A stretch of 63,813 nt of DNA, the filler included, from Octopus bimaculoides (lineage: Eukaryota): assembly GCF_001194135.2 (NCBI RefSeq). It is 5 parts of 5 records of this genome, joined end to end, with 100 filler letters (N's around TTAATTAATTAA, not from the genome) between each part and the next. Parts side by side here need not be neighbours in the genome. Positions count along the whole stretch, not along the records: positions 1 to 29,103 come from NC_068989.1; positions 29,204 to 41,312 come from NC_069008.1; 3 more parts are not named here. One strand, 5' to 3'. Positions 27,746-39,486 of this stretch are shown here, one piece after another. The notes below the pieces were generated by a model. That model was not told the DNA's origin and did not search any database. It saw only the letters and a program-made list of their open reading frames with translations. Both the position numbers and the translations under genes were made by a program. Every line of letters begins with the position of its first letter. The stretch's first letter is position 1.

Positions 27746-29103
27746 TATATNNNNNNNNNNNNNNNNNNNNNNNNNNNNNNNNNNNNNNNNNNNNNNNNNN
27801 NNNNNNNNNNNNNNNNNNNNNNNNNNNNNNNNNNNNNNNNNNNNNNNNNNNNNNNNNNNNNNNNNNNNNNNNNNNNNNNNNNNNNNNNNNNNNNNNNNNN
27901 NNNNNNNNNNNNNNNNNNNNNNNNNNNNNNNNNNNNNNNNNNNNNNNNNNNNNNNNNNNNNNNNNNNNNNNNNNNNNNNNNNNNNNNNNNNNNNNNNNNN
28001 NNNNNNNNNNNNNNNNNNNNNNNNNNNNNNNNNNNNNNNNNNNNNNNNNNNNNNNNNNNNNNNNNNNNNNNNNNNNNNNNNNNNNNNNNNNNNNNNNNNN
28101 NNNNNNNNNNNNNNNNNNNNNNNNNNNNNNNNNNNNNNNNNNNNNNNNNNNNNNNNNNNNNNNNNNNNNNNNNNNNNNNNNNNNNNNNNNNNNNNNNNNN
28201 NNNNNNNNNNNNNNNNNNNNNNNNNNNNNNNNNNNNNNNNNNNNNNNNNNNNNNNNNNNNNNNNNNNNNNNNNNNNNNNNNNNNNNNNNNNNNNNNNNNN
28301 NNNNNNNNNNNNNNNNNNNNNNNNNNNNNNNNNNNNNNNNNNNNNNNNNNNNNNNNNNNNNNNNNNNNNNNNNNNNNNNNNNNNNNNNNNNNNNNNNNNN
28401 NNATGCTAGCATGGAAAGCGGACGTTAAACGATGATGATGATGATGATATATATATATTTGAAAAGATTTGTAAATGTACCACATGAGTAAGTACATATT
28501 AAAGAGAAACAAAAATGAAAATGCCACTTTTTAAAAATATTTTTTTGGGTGTTTTTATTAATTTACATTACATGTTTCGGTTTTTTTGAAAAACCTTTTT
28601 TGATAAGGTTTTTCAAAAAACCAAAACATGTAATGTAAATAAGGACAGACAAAGGGATTAAATCGATTACATCGACACCAGTGTGTAACTGGTACTTGAT
28701 TTATCGACCCCGAAAGGATGAAAGGCAAAGTCGACCTTGGCGACCATTAAGCATTTCACCCTGCCTGCTAACGTTTCTGCCAGCTCGCTCGCCTTACACA
28801 GAATTTCTGTCTATCAAATTCACTCACAAGGCATTGGTCGATCCAGTGCTATCATAGAAAACACTTGCCTAAGATGCCGTGCAATGGGACTGAACCCGAA
28901 ACCAAACAAGCTTACAAAACAAACTTCATAACCACATGCCCACCTGTATTTTATTAATAAGGATAAAAATATACCTTTTGCTTTTTTTAATTACAACATG
29001 TAGGTATTTGTTACTATACACCTTTAGTGTACAATGGCCACCGCTCCCTTTTTTCCCCCTCTATTTTTGTTTCTAGTATGCACACACATGCACGTTTCCT
29101 TGC

Positions 29104-29203
29104 NNNNNNNNNNNNNNNNNNNNNNNNNNNNNNNNNNNNNNNNNNNNTTAATTAATTAANNNNNNNNNNNNNNNNNNNNNNNNNNNNNNNNNNNNNNNNN
29201 NNN
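29104..29203. other. Assembly spacer (unknown-size gap)
   Basis: 44N-TTAATTAATTAA-44N. The same spacer occurs at 41313-41412, 60502-60601 and 62167-62266. The 12-mer gives stops in all six frames. Confidence 0.9.
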
Positions 29204-29408
29204 TATACATGCACGCACACACTCTTATCTCAGACACAATACTGCTCACATATTGGTGACATGGTTACTGTTACACACACACGCACACACGACCTCACCG
29301 CAGTACCACCACCACCACCACCACCTTACACCACCACACAGCAAAACAATAACCTTTAATATATCCCATAATCCACTTGTTGACCTTGACCTTAGCTTTT
29401 CTCACCAG

Positions 29409-29477
29409 AAATCACGTGATGGATTACTGACTCTGGCTGACACAAAGGAATGCTGGGACTTTGTGAACCTTTGTCAG
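29409..29477 (+). CDS. CAPN: Calpain 1 PEF exon (69 bp)
   Basis: ctcaccag/AAATCA...TGTCAG/gtgacc, phase 0-0. Encodes KSRDGLLTLADTKECWDFVNLCQ, homologous to calpain D.SGKL...EF..LW..I..WQ. Confidence 0.8.
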
Positions 29478-30461
29478 GTGACCAATGCCTTCATTTTGTT
29501 TGGTCAAACCTTATAATTGACCAACACCACTGTTTATCAAAGCAGACAGTACTTGGCCCCAGAGGGGTGGGGATGGCAGAAGATTTTCTATAGGTACAAG
29601 GGATGGGGGGGGCAGCAGGAAGTGTGGTGGGGGATAGATACATGTTTCAGTTTTAATTTTTTGTGTGACTCGTCAGTTTATATTTAATGCTGGAAATATT
29701 AACTTCAACATTTCATGTTACGTATTAATAGAATATCCGATACGTAAGGACAGTTTTAAAGGAGACCAATATGGCAGGGGTTATAATGATGGTGGGGGAA
29801 GAAAAGGTTAACCATTTTGAATCTTAGGTAAGGGTGAGGAGTTGAAAAGTATTAGTAAAAGAATAGGGGCCGTTGAAAAAGTGTTACTAAAAGAATAAGG
29901 GTTGTTGGAAAAGTGCTAGTAAAAGAATAGGGGCCATTGAAAAAATGTTAGTAAAAGAATAAGGGTTGTTGGAAAAGTGTTAGTGAAAGAATAGGGGCCA
30001 CTGCATAAAGTGATTGGAAAAGAAAAAGGAGTCATTGAAAAAGTGTTAGTAAAAAATAGGGGCCATTCAAAACGTGTTAGAAAAGAATAAGGCTCCATTG
30101 AAAAACTCTGTGTAAGTGTGTGTGCCCCCTTCTCTACCCCTTTTTCTTCTCTTTCTCTTTCAGAGACACTTCCGTGCCTGTGACATTGACGATTCTGGGA
30201 CGGTGGATATTAACGAGTTGTTGCCTTATTATGACATGTCCCGTAATTATTTTATATTTTGCTTCCTTTCAAATACCGTGTGTATTGGGTGTATACATAC
30301 ATACATACAGACACACATACACACATATATATACACCCCACACATACACACATGTATGTATATATGTATATGTATGCATGTATGTATGTATGTATGTATG
30401 TGTGTGTATGTTTGTATCTATCTATCTCACTATTTTCTCTCTCTCTATCTATGTATTTATC

Positions 30462-30496
<35 letters not shown>

Positions 30497-32917
30497 CGGT
30501 TTTGGATTTGGTTTGAAAGATTTTTTATGTGATTTCGTGTATTGAAGCATATTCTGTTGAGTCTGGGGAGAGTCATTTTCTTATTGTGCCTTGAAATTTA
30601 ACACGCTCACTGTTAAAATTTCCANNNNNNNNNNNNNNNNNNNNNNNNNNNNNNNNNNNNNNNNNNNNNNNNNNNNNNNNNNNNNNNNNNNNNNNNNNNN
30701 NNNNNNNNNNNNNNNNNNNNNNNNNNNNNNNNNNNNNNNNNNNNNNNNNNNNNNNNNNNNNNNNNNNNNNNNNNNNNNNNNNNNNNNNNNNNNNNNNNNN
30801 TATATATATATATATATATATATATTATAGAATGAAACAGTGTGAATGGTTGCTCACCCCAGAATTTGGTGGATAAATATTCTTTATTTGTGGATTAACA
30901 CTGTTAGCAAAAGTTTCATGTGAATATATCCACTGCATGAACCCCATGGTTCTGGGCTCAGTCCCACTGCTTGGCACGTCAAGCAAGTACCTTGTGCTGA
31001 AGAAAGCCTTCGGAGTTTATTAGGACAGCAACTGAGAGAAGCCTGTGTAAGCATGTGTATGTATGTGTGTATGTCTGTGTGTATGTTTGTGTGTGTGTGT
31101 GTTTATACTCCTACCATTTGACAACATATGTTGATATTTTTATGTCCCCGTAACCAAGTGGTTCAGCTAAAAGTGACTATTAGAATAAGTACCCTGTTTC
31201 AAAATACAGGGGTTGATTTGTGCAACAAACCCCTTCGAGGTGGCATCTAGCATGGTCGCAGTCCAATAACCGAAACAAGTAAAACATAATTCTCCAAGCG
31301 TTCTGCTTTAGTGTGCTGGTAATCGTGTCCGTTTTGGTTTGGACTACATGAGATTACGTGAGGTTATACGAGACTTCAAAATATATTGATACACAGATAA
31401 GTGGAGGCAAGTCATTTTGAGACATCTTGAATTGTTATTTCCCTTGAGTGGACCTTGATATTTTGCAAGTATTTGCATTCACTTCAGATTAAATGCATTA
31501 CACGAGAACATTCATGCAACAGACCAGCAGCCTAATAGCATGTCTGCATGTTAATACACCATGTATCCATCTCTTTACAGACGGTAAACTTAATAAATGT
31601 GTTGCAGTCAACATTTGTATCAGATACGCTGATCAGAAAGGCCGTATGTTCTTCGATGATTTCTGCCAGAGCCTTGCACGTTTAAGGACGCTCACCAGTA
31701 AGTTGTCTCCTCTGCTATTTATCCAACTTCTTCTGTCTGTCTCTCTTTCTTGCTCTATCTATCTATCTCTCTATCTATCTATCTCTCTATCTATCTATCT
31801 CTCTATCTACTTATCTATCTATAATAATCTTTTGACTTTCTCTTCCAGAAATATATTTGAAGCATTGTGATGATAACGTGACCTTCACTTCGGTAAGTAT
31901 CTATATCTGTACCGTCATTATCAACAACATCATCATCATCATCGTTATCACCATTGTCGCCATCATAATCATCTTTCTCATCATCACCACCACCATCACC
32001 ACCCTCCTACTCCTCAATATTATTATCATTATTGTTGTTGTTCTTGTTCTTGTTGTTGTTGCTGCTGTTGCTGTTGTTGTTCTTGTTACTAAGGTGCTCT
32101 GCATTTTTAAATTGAGGTAATGATTGCATTGTTCAATTAAATTGAGTTACATGAAACGATCGTACTGCATTACCTCTGGATATCCTGTTGCTCATTTTGA
32201 TTCTAATCACCTTACTTTGAAATTGTATGGATAATACCATACTAAATTCTGGTGCCTCAACTTAAGTACCATATTCACCTGAATCTAAATGTTTGCTGAA
32301 CTCATCTACTATATATATAGTGAAAATTTACAAAAAAACAAAAGGCGAAGATGGGTGTGTAAACAAGAAACGGGTGTATTAGTTTAATGTTCAGGAAGGT
32401 GAGAAAGTCTTTTACGTTTCGAGCCTACGCTCTTCAACAGAAAGGAACACAGAAATAAACAGGGAGAGAGAAAATAGAGAAAGGTTTAGGGGCTAGCGAT
32501 CTATCCTGGCGAATTAAATGTATATATAACGGTGAGTTAAATTAGAGGTTATGAAAACCGTCTGATTCACATCCAATGAATTACTGGTATCTTAGCTGTA
32601 TTTAACTATCAGTATTAGTATTAATGTTTATAAATGATTGACAAGGAAAGGAATAAGCCAAATGTTTATCGATATTTAAGGAAAAATTAAGAAAATGGAG
32701 ATAAAATTGATAATTGGTAAACATCGATTGTTATTTATTGATTATAAAAAGACAATTTCTCATCTAATTGTCTTTTATAATCAATGAATAATAATTAGCA
32801 ATTTTATCTCCATTCTCTTATTTTCCTCGCACGCACGCACGCACGCACGCACGTTCAATATCTTTTCTGTTTCTCTTGCAGTGGTTCCCATATACTATGA
32901 ATCCTCGAAGTACGTAG
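29409..32917 (+). CDS. CAPN: Calpain gene 1, spliced 3' part: penta-EF-hand domain to stop (5 exons)
   Basis: join(29409-29477,30164-30242,31581-31697,31849-31892,32882-32917). All exons are AG/GT bounded and phase-compatible. Translation: KSRDGLLTLADTKECWDFVNLCQRHFRACDIDDSGTVDINELLPYYDMSHGKLNKCVAVNICIRYADQKGRMFFDDFCQSLARLRTLTKIYLKHCDDNVTFTSWFPYTMNPRST*. It contains an EF loop (DIDDSGTVDINEL) and the calpain PEF motif RYAD...FDDF...RL.TL. The symbol is family-level only. Confidence 0.9.
29842..30105. repeat. 32-bp minisatellite, about 8 units, in a calpain 1 intron
   Basis: GAATA recurs at 29861, 29893, 29925, 29957 and 29989. Units alternate GGGGCCATT and AGGGTTGTT. Confidence 0.9.
30164..30242 (+). 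CDS. CAPN: Calpain 1 PEF exon (79 bp)
   Basis: ctctttcag/AGACAC...TCCC/gtaatt, phase 0-1. Encodes RHFRACDIDDSGTVDINELLPYYDMS, with a canonical EF-hand loop. Confidence 0.9.
30940..31290 (+). mobile_element. SINE family A (calpain 1 intron)
   Basis: Diverged copy of the family A body and tail. Confidence 0.65.
31581..31697 (+). CDS. CAPN: Calpain 1 PEF exon (117 bp)
   Basis: ctctttacag/ACGGT...ACCA/gtaagt, phase 1-1. Encodes GKLNKCVAVNICIRYADQKGRMFFDDFCQSLARLRTLT. Confidence 0.92.
31849..31892 (+). CDS. CAPN: Calpain 1 PEF exon (44 bp)
   Basis: tcttccag/AAATAT...TTCG/gtaagt, phase 1-0. Encodes KIYLKHCDDNVTFTS and bridges the phases of the neighbouring exons. Confidence 0.75.
32310..32520 (-). 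mobile_element. Probable Penelope pLTR fragment with a minimal hammerhead-like motif
   Basis: Minus strand 32445-32401 reads CTTT-CTGTTGA-A-GAGCGTAGGCTC-GAAA-CG-TA-AAAG. Confidence 0.6.
32882..32917 (+). CDS. CAPN: Calpain 1 terminal coding exon
   Basis: Strong acceptor tttctcttgcag/ followed by WFPYTMNPRST*, matching the calpain C-terminal W...TM motif. Confidence 0.75.
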   Translation, partial: WFPYTMNPRST

Positions 32918-33107
32918 AGGAAATTCCTGGAGCCATGGATCACGTGACAACGTATTTTGGATCACATGACCGCTTTAAGAATTATTGGCCAAAAAAATTT
33001 CTCTTTCACGACCCGTACACATACACATATATATGTATATTTACAAACACACAGACACACACCAATACTTNNNNNNNNNNNNNNNNNNNNNNNNNNNNNN
33101 NNNNNNN

Positions 33108-33235
33108 AAGACAGGTGTAAACAACAAATGGATGAACTAGTTTAATGCTCAGGAATAGAGAAAGTCTTTGATGTTTCGAGCCTACGCTCTTCAACTGAAA
33201 GGAACACAGAAAGAAAACAATTTTTTTCAGCAATA
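33108..33235 (-). mobile_element. Second pLTR/hammerhead-like copy
   Basis: Homologous to 32340-32460. The core reads CAGTTGA...GAAA-CA-TC and is more decayed. Confidence 0.55.
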
Positions 33236-33624
33236 TAAATGGTTCCTTTGGAAATTTCTCCGAGAAGAAGCACTTTTGATAACCGAAGCAATCTCTATGT
33301 TGTGCAAAAAAGAAAAAAGCTAAATAAACGATACATCCACCGATTTCTTGTTCAATTATTTTATTTCCCAGTCAAATATTTAATTTCCCTATGTGTGTGT
33401 ATGTGTGTGCGTGGATAGGCGTGGCTGTGTGGTTAGGAAGTCCACTGCTACAATCGTATGGTTTGCAGGTTCATTCTCATTGAGTGGTACTTTTGTCAAG
33501 GGTCTTTTAATGTAGCCCCAGTCCGACTAGGGGTCTGTGAGCAGATTTGATTGACAGAAACTCATGGAAATCTTCATATACATGCATACATATATATATA
33601 TATATATATGATAGATCGTTGACC

Positions 33625-33800
33625 AAAGACCATTCAATTTTTTTCTCCGTGTTTTTCTCCTTGTTTTCTCCGTATTCTTTCTGTTGAAGAGCGTAGCTCG
33701 AAATGTTAAAGACTTTCTGTATTCCCGAGCGTCAAACTAATACATCCTTTTGTTGTTTACACCACCTGTCCTCGTCTGTTGTTTTTTTTTCGTACATTCT
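33625..33800 (+). mobile_element. Third pLTR/hammerhead-like copy (sense to calpain)
   Basis: 33677-33717 reads CTTT-CTGTTGA-A-GAGCGTAGCTC-GAAA-TGTTAAAGACTTTC. Confidence 0.55.
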
Positions 33801-34172
33801 CCGATATATATATATATATATATATATATTACATACACAGATAGCCACAGAGAGAGAGAGAGAAAGATGGATAAATAGATACATACATACATATATATGT
33901 CTATACTTACATTTAGAGTGTGTGTGTGTGTGTGTGTGTGTGTATCATCATATTCTTCGGTTGCCTTTGGCATGGTAATTACCTTTATTTTTTCATTTTC
34001 GTTCTCTAATTTTGGCCTCTGCTCTACAGAATATATTGAGAGGTTTATTTTTTTCAAGAAGTTGGCTGTTATGGTTGGTTACGGGGTCATGACATTCAAC
34101 CTCCTGATTATCATATCACTGCTTAAATACTTTAGTATGGGCCTGCTTTTCAGATAGATAAACTACTAATGA

Positions 34173-34213
<41 letters not shown>

Positions 34214-34540
34214 AATCATACATGCTTATTTACATACAAGCACACATACATACATACGTAGACATATCCCAGTACATCGCCCTATCTCGCCACCATTATA
34301 CAAGCCTCAAGCATCACCACCTACCCCGATCCCACCTGTTCTACCCCCCCCCCCCCCACACACATGTGAACATACCACTGAACAAGCCATCCTTGTACTA
34401 TTGCTGCTACACATGGCGAACCAGCCTCACAGAACAGCTGCAGTTATTTGTGTCATGGCTGATGCGTAAACATACAACCATACACATACGTATTAATACA
34501 CACACACACACTCTCTCTCTCTTTCCCCCATTATCCATCA

Positions 34541-34589
<49 letters not shown>

Positions 34590-35309
34590 GTTCTGTCTCT
34601 GTAACTTAATCCTTACCACATTACCAAAATCAGCTTCACTTACACAAGTCAAACATCTTCATAATCTCTTGTACCTTTCTAAGCATATTCTTGCATTTCA
34701 GTTCCAATCTGCAATTCCTAGAACCGATATTAGCTTCTCTGAATCTCTCCAAAATTCTTCAAAACTCTAGTAAATTCTACAAACTTCTCTGCAATTCCCA
34801 AAACCTATCTCAACTTCTTATCTAAATCTCCCTGAAACTCTTCAACTCTCCAAGAACTTCTCAAGGAACTCTCTGGATTTCTATGAACACATCTGAACTT
34901 TTCTGATTCTGTTCAAAATCATTTGTATTTCTCTGAAATTCNNNNNNNNNNNNNNNNNNNNNNNNNNNNNNNNNNNNNNNNNNNNNNNNNNNNNNNNNNN
35001 NNNNNNNNNNNNNNNNNNNNNNNNNNNNNNNNNNNNNNNNNNNNNNNNNNNNNNNNNNNNNNNNNNNNNNNNNNNNNNNNNNNNNNNNNNNNNNNNNNNN
35101 NNNNNNNNNNNNNNNNNNNNNNNNNNNNNNNNNNNNNNNNNNNNNNNNNNNNNNNNNNNNNNNNNNNNNNNNNNNNNNNNNNNNNNNNNNNNNNNNNNNN
35201 NNNNNNNNNNNNNNNNNNNNNNNNNNNNNNNNNNNNNNNNNNNNNNNNNNNNNNNNNNGTGAGAACAAATGTCAGACTTGATTCTTTTATTTTATTCTTT
35301 TATTCATTT

Positions 35310-35521
35310 ATTAATTTCAGTCATTTGACTGTGGCCATGCTGGAGCACCGCCTTAAAGGGTTTTAGTCAAAGAACTCAAACCCAGGACCTAGTCTGTGTA
35401 AGCCTGGTACTTATTCTGTTGATCAGTTTTTGCCGGTTGACAACACGAGTTGCAAGCAGTGGTAGAGGTGGGGGGAGGAGATGAAAACAGACACAAACGC
35501 ACACACACACACACACACACG

Positions 35522-35558
<37 letters not shown>

Positions 35559-35670
35559 GACGGACTTCTATCAGTTTCCGTTTACCAAATCCACTCACAA
35601 GGCTTTAGCAGAAGACACTTGCTCAACCATGTGGTTCGTAAGCAAGCTTCTTACCACACAGCTACACCGG
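35310..35670 (-). mobile_element. SINE family A
   Basis: Reverse copy with internal deletions. Confidence 0.7.
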
Positions 35671-35719
35671 CGTTTGTTTACCGATGTTTTTCAAGTTGGT
35701 GTTGTTGTTGTTCTTGATG

Positions 35720-35970
35720 TTGTTTAACCCCAGGTCACTCCTGACCCTGTAGACCCATGATCAAAAATGTTTCCACTGTGACCATCCTGTCTTTTATTCA
35801 GACATAGTGTATCTAGGACTACATTATCTAACGTGTCCTTTCTTGTTGCTGTTTAGCCCCAGGTCAGTCCGGATCCAGTAGACCTGTGATCAAACATGTC
35901 CCAGCTATGACCATCCTGTCTTTTATTTGGACATAGTATATCTAGGACTACATCATCTAATGTGTTCTTC
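35720..35970. repeat. 129-bp tandem duplication
   Basis: CAGGTCA at 35731 and 35860 with colinear downstream sequence. Confidence 0.8.
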
Positions 35971-36444
35971 CTTCATGATCCTGTTGCTGGTCAGGTTTAA
36001 TTATAGCTGCATTCTACTAAGATGAGCCAGCCGCTCCCCTCAAAATCTACCACCACTTCCCTGAAAGAACCACAATTAAAAGCTTTAGGATCTACCCTTC
36101 CTTTAGTACAGACGTGTTTATATAGATAGATAGACAGATAGACAGCTAGGTAAATAAGTACACAGACCGTATACAAAGATTCTGAAATCTCAACCACAAA
36201 TAGGTTCTATCATATCTCAAAAGAACTATTTTTAAAAAGCGAAAATCACGTAATTAACAGACATGCTTCATGCTGTTTTTTATGAGTTAACCTGTTTTGG
36301 CATCATGCGTATGTCTATCTTGGCACAGGTTAAGCAGTACAGTGTCGGCTATCTATTTACTTTTGCGGTGTATGTATGTATGTATGTGTGTGTGTGCGTG
36401 CGTGTGTGTGTTGATATATATATATGTGTATACATAGGCCTGTC

Positions 36445-36533
<89 letters not shown>

Positions 36534-36673
36534 AGGTTAAGAAGGGTATTGGAGTCAACCAAACCCCAAAGATACAGGTAATACCGAGTAAGGGCTGTAT
36601 ACCTTCTAGTTTTGCCCCATTCGTTGTATAAGCAAGAGTGGGGATTATAACATAGGTCGTGTATTAGCGTGTG

Positions 36674-36713
<40 letters not shown>

Positions 36714-37138
36714 TAATTTATGGAAGAACCATCCAAAGGCAATTCAAACAATGAAGGAGATCAGACATCATCTAGAAAAACCTACTCTGCAAAATACTAA
36801 TTTAAAAATCTATACATATATATATATTGAAATAATTTGGGAAAACTTATTTATAATGTATAATTTATAGATTTTAATTTTAATTCTTAATATTACAAAG
36901 TATAATTTTTATTTAGTTTTAATTTTTAATTGTTGATGCTTAATTTTATTGCTTATTTTTTAAAAAGATGTAAAATTAGATTTATAATATTTTGAAAAAT
37001 AACCTGAAGAGGTGTAGGAGTGGCTGGGTGGTAAGCAGCTTACTTACCAACCACATGGTTCCGGGTTCAACTATGATTATTCGACTAATTAGTTAATTAT
37101 GGTACAACTAATAAAGCATCTTTTGCTCTTTTCCACAG

Positions 37139-37205
37139 GAAATAAAGAAGACAGCAGTGTTCATGCGAGAAGCCACATACCGTGATTTTAACCAAGGAGA
37201 ACTTG
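37139..37205 (+). CDS. CAPN: Calpain 2 exon (67 bp)
   Basis: ttccacag/GAAATA...CTTG/gtaagt. Encodes [22 protein letters not shown](G). Confidence 0.88.
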
Positions 37206-39436
37206 GTAAGTGGAAGGTGTTTGTGTGAGGCAAACGTTATTAGGGGAATAGAAGTACTGGCAGACAGACAGACAGACAGGCTGATGTACGAACAGGAGGA
37301 CGGATGGACCGACAGACAGGTGGACATATACACAAACGGGTGGATGAACGGGTGGAGGGATAAAGAGACAGAGAAATGTGTTGATGGTAAGATTGATTGA
37401 TAGGCAGACACAAACAGACAACACAGACAGACAGACAGATAGATAGACAGACTAACAGACAGACAGGTGTTGACCTGTGTAGAAACTACCTACTTCAGAA
37501 TGGACACTGATATATATAGACAGGAAAAGGGTTTAGTTATGGGTTCGCATTTATCACCAGTAATAGCCAATATATACATGAATACTTTGAGAATTTGGCT
37601 TTAGGATCAACACCACTAAAACCAACCCTATGGCTACGGTATATTGATGACACCTTTATACTCTGGCCCCCACCAGGAAGATGTCCAAGTGCTGTTCGAT
37701 CATGTGAACTCAATAAAGCCATCCATACAGTTCACAATGGAAGAAGAAAAAGACAGTCAGCTAGCATTCCTGGACATATTAATAATACGCACTGAGTATG
37801 GATCTTATTTTCACTGTATTGAAAGGGTTTTACAAGTGTGCAGTGCCTAGTAGTGCTGTTTTTTGTGTGTTATATATATTTTTTAGTCCTGGTGTTTTTG
37901 TTATGCCTTCGCTTGAATATTTTTTTATCATATCTAATTCACCCACTATGATAGGAACTGTTTATTTTTTTATCATTATTGTTGTTATTGTTATTATTAC
38001 ATTAAGACAGCAAGCTGGTAGAATCATTAGGACACCGAATGGAATGCTTAGAGGTATTTCGCCTGTCACTCCATTCTGAGTTCAAATTATTACTGTATAC
38101 AGACATATATCTATATACATATATATATATATATCTATGGTCCATCATCACTACCACTCAAACACATACCCCTGCGACCACCACCACCATTAAAACCTCT
38201 CTCTTCTCTCCACTACTCTCCACACACAGGTGACTGTTGGTTTATCTCCGCTGTAAACTGTTTACTTACCAACAACAGGAAGGTGTTTGAAAAAGTTGTC
38301 CCTGGCAACCAGTCGTTCACTGAAGACTATGCAGGTGAGTATAGTGGCATGAAAGGTCATCAGAGGTCATCTGAGGTCAGTTTCTTTTCTTTTTTTTTAA
38401 GTAGTCTGTTCTTATGGTCTTCCTCATCTGTCTCCTTTCAATCCTCATCGTTTTAAGATTCTGTTTTCCATGCTTGCCTCTGACAGACACAATTTGTTGA
38501 GCCAGATTTTCAACAGCAGGATGCCCTTCCTGTCACCAATCCTCACCNNNNNNNNNNNNNNNNNNNNNNNNNNNNNNNNNNNNNNNNNNNNNNNNNNNNN
38601 NNNNNNNNNNNNNNNNNNNNNNNNNNNNNNNNNNNNNNNNNNNNNNNNNNNNNNNNNNNNNNNNNNNNNNNNNNNNNNNNNNNNNNNNNNNNNNNNNNNN
38701 NNNNNNNNNNNNNNNNNNNNNNNNNNNNNNNNNNNNNNNNNNNNNNNNNNNNNNNNNNNNNNNNNNNNNNNNNNNNNNNNNNNNNNNNNNNNNNNNNNNN
38801 NNNNNNNNNNNNNNNNNNNNNNNNNNNNNNNNNNNNNNNNNNNNNNNNNNNNNNNNNNNNNNNNNNNNNNNNNNNNNNNNNNNNNNNNNNNNNNNNNNNN
38901 NNNNNNNNNNNNNNNNNNNNNNNNNNNNNNNNNNNNNNNNNNNNNNNNNNNNNNNNNNNNNNNNNNNNNNNNAGAACATATACATCCAAATGATTAATAA
39001 CAAAAAGTAGAGTTACATTAAAGAATGTAGCTCTAGATATGCCATGACGTAATACAAATCTCTTGTTAAATTCTCAGATTCACTTTTGATGCTTATTGCC
39101 AATTTTGCACCATTATTCATTCTGGTCAATTGCAGGAATTTTCCGTTTCAATTTTTGGTGGTATGGAGAATGGAAAGAAGTCGTCGTCGATGACCGACTT
39201 CCAGTCAACAGAATCACTCATGAAATACTTTACGCTCACAATAATTCAGAACCTGACGAATTTTGGGTGTGTCTCTTGGAGAAGGCCTATGCCAAGTAAG
39301 ACACCTCGTTCTCTCTCTCTTTCTCACACTCTCCCCCCCTCTCTCTCTCTCCCGCTCTCTCCAGCATTTTCTCATCCTCTACACCTCTTTCTTTCTCTTT
39401 CTCTCTCTCACTCTTTCTATCTGTCTCTGTCACTCA

Positions 39437-39486
<50 letters not shown>

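Noticed and set aside
27571-28450. Inverted copies of retroposon D flanking a 652-N gap
   Set aside because: Only about 45 bp of the second copy is visible and the family is abundant, so it cannot be separated from chance or a scaffolding artefact.
29148-29159. TTAATTAATTAA recurring four times (also 41357, 60546, 62211)
   Set aside because: It is always centred in exactly 44N+44N, so it is an artificial all-frame-stop scaffold spacer and not a biological motif.
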